Shown: positions 59,628-64,000 of the stretch, in pieces
Position numbering within the stretch: the first letter of the stretch is position 1
How the letters are laid out: the number at the start of each line of letters is the position of its first letter
Source: Marsupella aquatica
Lineage: Eukaryota > Plantae > Marchantiophyta
Direction: 5' to 3'
Assembly: GCA_973895155.1 (NCBI GenBank)
Contig: OZ316895.1
Span: 23,892,281 to 23,956,280, forward strand
Length of the DNA: 64,000 nt
Notes under the pieces: model-generated
Databases searched by the model: none
Seen by the model: the letters and a program-made list of their open reading frames with translations, nothing else
Told to the model about the DNA's origin: nothing
Position numbers and translations under genes: made by a program

Positions 59628-62600
59628 TGAGGGAAACATAATCTTTTGCCATGTACCATGAATCATCACATTCTAGAACTCAAACCTGTTATTTTATCTG
59701 AGATATACTATCTTTCCACGGAAACAAGCGGTAATTACTAAGCTGACACTACACCATATATTAATAATATGCCACAATATGCACGAGTTGACACCCAGGC
59801 CAGATGTACAGGTATCATACTGACCGCTTTGAACCACAGAGCCCCTGTCAATGGCAAGGAACCTCTGTCACTCCTGTTGACTTCAACAACTCCCACCCTC
59901 CTCCATGAATACAGTCATCCATGTCAAGCCTGGCCTTAGTATGTTCCCTTAAACCACAACTGCCCTTCAAAAGCTACGGGTTACCCGTAGTTACCATTAA
60001 AAGTAAAATTTTCCTGCAATTGTGGAGCAAACTGGCATGCTAGAGGAGAAAAGTGATTAAAATGTGGAAAAGGAGGAGATCTTGGACACTTCCACTTATA
60101 TAGGGGAAGTTGTGGTTTAAGCAAACTAAGGTACATTGGGCTATACAGCCATTTGACCAAACTAAGCATACTGAAGGGCACATAGTCCTTACTAAGCTGC
60201 AGAGTTTGCTAAGATACAACAGTGAGACCATGGGTGACTACTGTAGACTATATATGCTACTGGTGGGGAAATAGGAAATTTTCCCAACTAAGTTTCAGTG
60301 TCAAATTAGTAATTTCCATGGTTCCCATGCATGGCAATTCAGGAAGTCTCAGTTAAGTTGCAACAAGAAGCTGTTGGAACCAGTTTCAAAGTTTTGGTTT
60401 TGCTTTGAAAGACAATTCTTCATATAAAGAGTGCAAGGTTTTGAGGTTTTATTATGGAATTCTAGCAGCCCGAATTCTAGAAGACTGTTTTAATTTCAAG
60501 TAAGAGGTCATAAATGGATGAATCAATTGCAATATGTCTGTTTACAACTCTTATAGAGAGTGTGATGAAACCATGAGTCATTGTTTGCACATGACTATCT
60601 TATCAATACTGAGGTGTCAAACTTTTACTTAGCTGTTTTAGATCAAACAAAAGCTTTGGGGTACTGACTCAAGTAAATGTCTAATCAAGCTTGTGTTCAA
60701 ATCTTTGTTTGTAGTTTAATGATTGGTGGCACCAAAAATGGAACTTGGCAGAATTTGTTATGGTCATCGTATCTGCATCATGTATATATCCTGAATTTGA
60801 TTTGAATCAATATAGGACAGATGTTGGTGCATTCTTCTACATATTAAGAATATTTCGGGTTATCCGGTATATCCCACAGCTTAGCAGTATGGTCTCGACA
60901 GTGCTTATAAGTTTGCCAAATATGGTGGACATTGTGTGTTTGATGGGGATTGTATTGTTCCTTTTTGCTGGAATTGGAAACAGCTTATTTCCAACTCTCA
61001 AGAATGGGACATGCTATGGGGGTAATCTGAGCTTTGCTAGGTTCACAACAAGCTTTGTGCTGCTTTTTCAGGTAAATCTGATACTCACTATAGAACTTTT
61101 CAAACTTAAGCAATTGCCTTCTCACCCATTTCAAATCACGAAAAGCTTTTTTGTGCTAGCTAGTCATAGAAATTGCAGTTTTGCTTCCTAAAAGTGGATG
61201 TCATTGGAACTTTTCCAACTAAGTAGCAGCTTTTCCTCCTTATGAATAAGAAAAGAGTCATTGGATCAGTTAGGAGGTCATCTGTTAGGATTGAGGAAGG
61301 CTGAATGGAAGCTGGCCACAAATAATTACAAACTGTAATTGACAAATTCTAAGACATCATGATTTGCATGCAAGAGATCCGCTAGTACCAATAATATTGC
61401 ATTCATGAAACAATATACAATATATTACGAGTTCATGTATGATTGTAAATTCGACTTTTGAGGCATTGGTATGGCGCCCCGGTATGGCGCCCCGGTATGG
61501 CGCATGAACATTATTCCAGCTTCATTGGCCTAATTTATTTGAATGCGTCTTGAATGTTATTTTGGGCAGGTAACAACCTTGGACAACTGGTCATGTCTTC
61601 TACCAGACATGACTGTGCAACAACCAAGCTGCACTTATGGTAAAAGTAAATACTCGTCAGACTGTGGACTTCCATCAGGAGGCATAGTGTACCTAGTTGT
61701 GCTCGTTTGTGTGACCAGTCACATATTTGCGAACCTTTTTGTCGCTCAAATTATTGATAGTATCACCTTTGGATTGCTGGAGGAGAATGCTATGCTGACA
61801 CCTGCTCATTTATATGCATACCAAAACCTATGGGCTCAAAAAGATTTTGATTACTTGTAAGTCATGACACATACATTGATCTAACAAGGATAAAATTGTC
61901 TTTGAAAGTGGCTATTTTGTTTTTTTGCCAAAACTGAGTCCAAAACCATTTTGTAAAAACATTTGTATTTTTGACATTGCGCCTATGTGCAGTGAAGAAA
62001 GGTTTGAAAGCTCACATTTATTATGAATTTATCCAAAGTGTTCATAGTGCCATGTCCTAAGATGTAGAAAGTCACAAGTTTTTCATCACAATCCTCAGTT
62101 GCCACAATGTCTATTATCGGTTAAAGTTGTGCATCAAGACATATACCCCCCCTCTTGTAGATCTCCCTTGCACCCGGTGCATGGGGAAGGCATACTATTA
62201 AGGGGGGAGGTAGAGGGGTACATATGAAAAGTGGGGAGTAGGTACGGGGAGAGGTGGAGTACGAATTACATACACAAAAAGATGGGAGTATGTACAGGGA
62301 GAGGGAGTACATAGGGGCTTAAACCGCCACTGGCCACATAGAAGCTAGGAGTGTCCAAAACTTCCTCCAGTTCCCATATTTCACTCACTTCTCTCCTCTC
62401 CATGGCATTGTGCTCCACAATTCCAGGAAAAAGTTGCTTAATTGGTGAAACCTGGTGGATCCAGGTTCTGTCATGGCTAGTGGCAATTTAAGAACCATGT
62501 GGGTCATCAGTAGGGCTTGCAGAGAGACAATCTAGCTAGGCCATTGATTTGGAGAAAACTATGGTGGCCTTGAAAAACTATGGTGGTATTCTGATATATT

Positions 62601-64000
62601 AAAATTAAGACAAAGCAGTAGTTTTGAATAAAGATTATTGGCAAGGTAGATGCCTCAGTCGATTAAAAAGACAAAAGTAGTGGAACCTTCTCAAATCTCT
62701 TAGAAACCTGAAATGCAATCATTTTTCATGTCCCAACTCTGCCCTGATTTGGGTGTTGTCTTATTTTAAGGGCCTTACTTATTTTGAGGATCCCCCTAAT
62801 TTGGTGGGGTTCCAGCAATGAATAAATAAAAAATAAGGAACCTCACTGAATCTTAGTTTTACATGTGCACTTTGTACAAGAGTGTAGTCTCTAAATGAAA
62901 GTACTTTCTTGATTCCAAAGCTAAAAAGAGTACCAAGTTATAATGAATATAGTAGTGAAACTCTTTATGCACATGTTTCATTGCTTCTTGCAGGGCCACA
63001 GGCTACATTGGACACCACAAGCTGAGGGAATTTGTGAACAGGCTTGGTCCACCTTTGGGACGACGTCTCACATTCCAAGACAAGTGGTAAGTAGTATTTG
63101 ACTTTAAAGTCGTAAGTAATTATTTAGTTCATATTTGGTTGAATATATTATGCATTATTTTGTTATCATGAACTCTATCCACTTTATGGAGTTTGAGTGC
63201 ATTTTAAGTATAAGCACACAATACGAAGCATTGCTGATTCTGGGGAGCAATTTAATTACAAACTACAGTAAACAAACAAGGTAACTTTCCAACAACAAAA
63301 AAACCAAAAGATATCATTTCTCATTCAGTGCACACATCATAGCTTCCTTAAGCTTTTGATTGTTCATTAATATATTGTGAATCAAATGCAACAGGTTTAC
63401 TCGGATAGAATATGAAGCTCTCAACTTTCGGAGTTCAAGAGGAATTCCTTTCCGATCATTGCTTGAAACGTTGGTTTTGTACAAAATTGGGCCAAAGGTG
63501 TGTTTGAAAAGTTCAACAACAAATAGCATACATAGGACTTTAGAATACCTATTTAAATAACAAAAATTTAGCTAAATTTCACTAACTGTTATTTTTTCAT
63601 TGTCATTATGCCCAGGTTAAGTCTTCAAAAGATTAATTAAGTTCTTTTTGTTGGAGAATAATCAAAACAATGTTTTTATCCTATCTCAGATCTCATCTTA
63701 GGCTCGGGGGTTTCACTTCCACAAGCATGGCACATCATGTGCAATGAAAGATATGGTCATTTTATTGGTTCTAAGGAATACTTAGGAAGTTTATGGGAAG
63801 AACATTATGGTCTTTTTAATCAACATTTGAAATATTCCAAAAACATTCTAACTTTATAGGGGAACTTAAATAGTAATGTTTTCTTACATTTTAGGGGGTT
63901 GAGGCCTAAAAACGTCACAGCTGATGGGGAGGCCTCCATACAGTGAGACCCTGGCCCCAAGATCTTAGGCTCTCTTGCCTTGGTGGTCTATAGGATCTTG
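43924..64000 (+). CDS. Four-domain (4x6TM) voltage-gated-type Ca2+/cation channel alpha subunit, EEDD filter, NALCN/Cch1-like; 3' end outside window
   Basis: 22 predicted exons: 43924-44147, 44555-44888, 45091-45215, 45555-45698, 46210-46320, 46493-46610, 46975-47099, 47492-47603, 48072-48143, 48689-48752, 49953-50056, 50911-51481, 53375-53467, 54135-54295, 55148-55392, 55702-55828, 56216-57232, 58551-59546, 60715-61071, 61570-61856, 62994-63086, 63395-63497. Together 1861 codons, phases consistent, no stop. Four pore loops: FDNYASGMLVLFQMMTFEGW, HDTIFQAMLLWFSVTTAESW, FDNFGEAMLSLFVLSTFDNW and FARFTTSFVLLFQVTTLDNW. S2-S3 motifs YLRNPYNKLD and YLGDPFNLID. S6 motifs ILNLIMAVILE and FANLFVAQIID. 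EF-hand-like C-tail ATGYIGHHKLREFVNRLGPPLG. Confidence 0.95.
50111..50514 (-). mobile_element. Non-autonomous Helitron (~0.4 kb) in a channel intron
   Basis: Minus strand reads a|TCTTACTAATAAA ... cgttc-aaa-gaacg hairpin ... ggtaatcggggCTAG|t. Same family as 27103-27509. Confidence 0.85.
59553..59624. repeat. (TC)n microsatellite just after a channel splice donor
   Basis: Perfect TC run of ~70 nt starting 6 nt after the exon end at 59546. Confidence 0.95.
61468..61503. repeat. 13-bp tandem repeat (ggtatggcgcccc) x ~2.8
   Basis: Seen directly in a channel intron. Confidence 0.85.

Noticed and set aside
59429-59659. Poly-ER / poly-SL ORF extensions
   Set aside because: These are translations of an intronic (TC)n microsatellite.

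Overview
Eukaryotic genomic DNA with GT-AG introns from a streptophyte plant. A non-seed land plant (bryophyte-like) is inferred from gene content; the species cannot be determined. Four spliced genes were assembled by hand. (1) A chloroplast redox-type fructose-1,6-bisphosphatase (minus, 2487-5810). (2) A PKG-like kinase of ~1088 aa with four cyclic-nucleotide-binding (CNB) domains fused to an AGC kinase ending WDDIF (plus, ~11235-20069). (3) A class III secretory peroxidase (minus, 23256-25452). (4) A four-domain (4x6TM) voltage-gated-type cation channel with an E-E-D-D pore ring, weakly charged S4 helices and NALCN/Cch1-like motifs (plus, 43924 to beyond the window end). Genes 2 and 4 belong to families regarded as absent from flowering plants. 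They are the most interesting content, possibly parts of a cyclic-nucleotide/Ca2+ signalling kit of flagellated sperm (inference). Intergenic and intronic DNA holds four members of a non-autonomous Helitron family, a ~260 bp foldback element, decayed TE-like ORFs and microsatellites. All exon boundaries are manual predictions with no transcript support.
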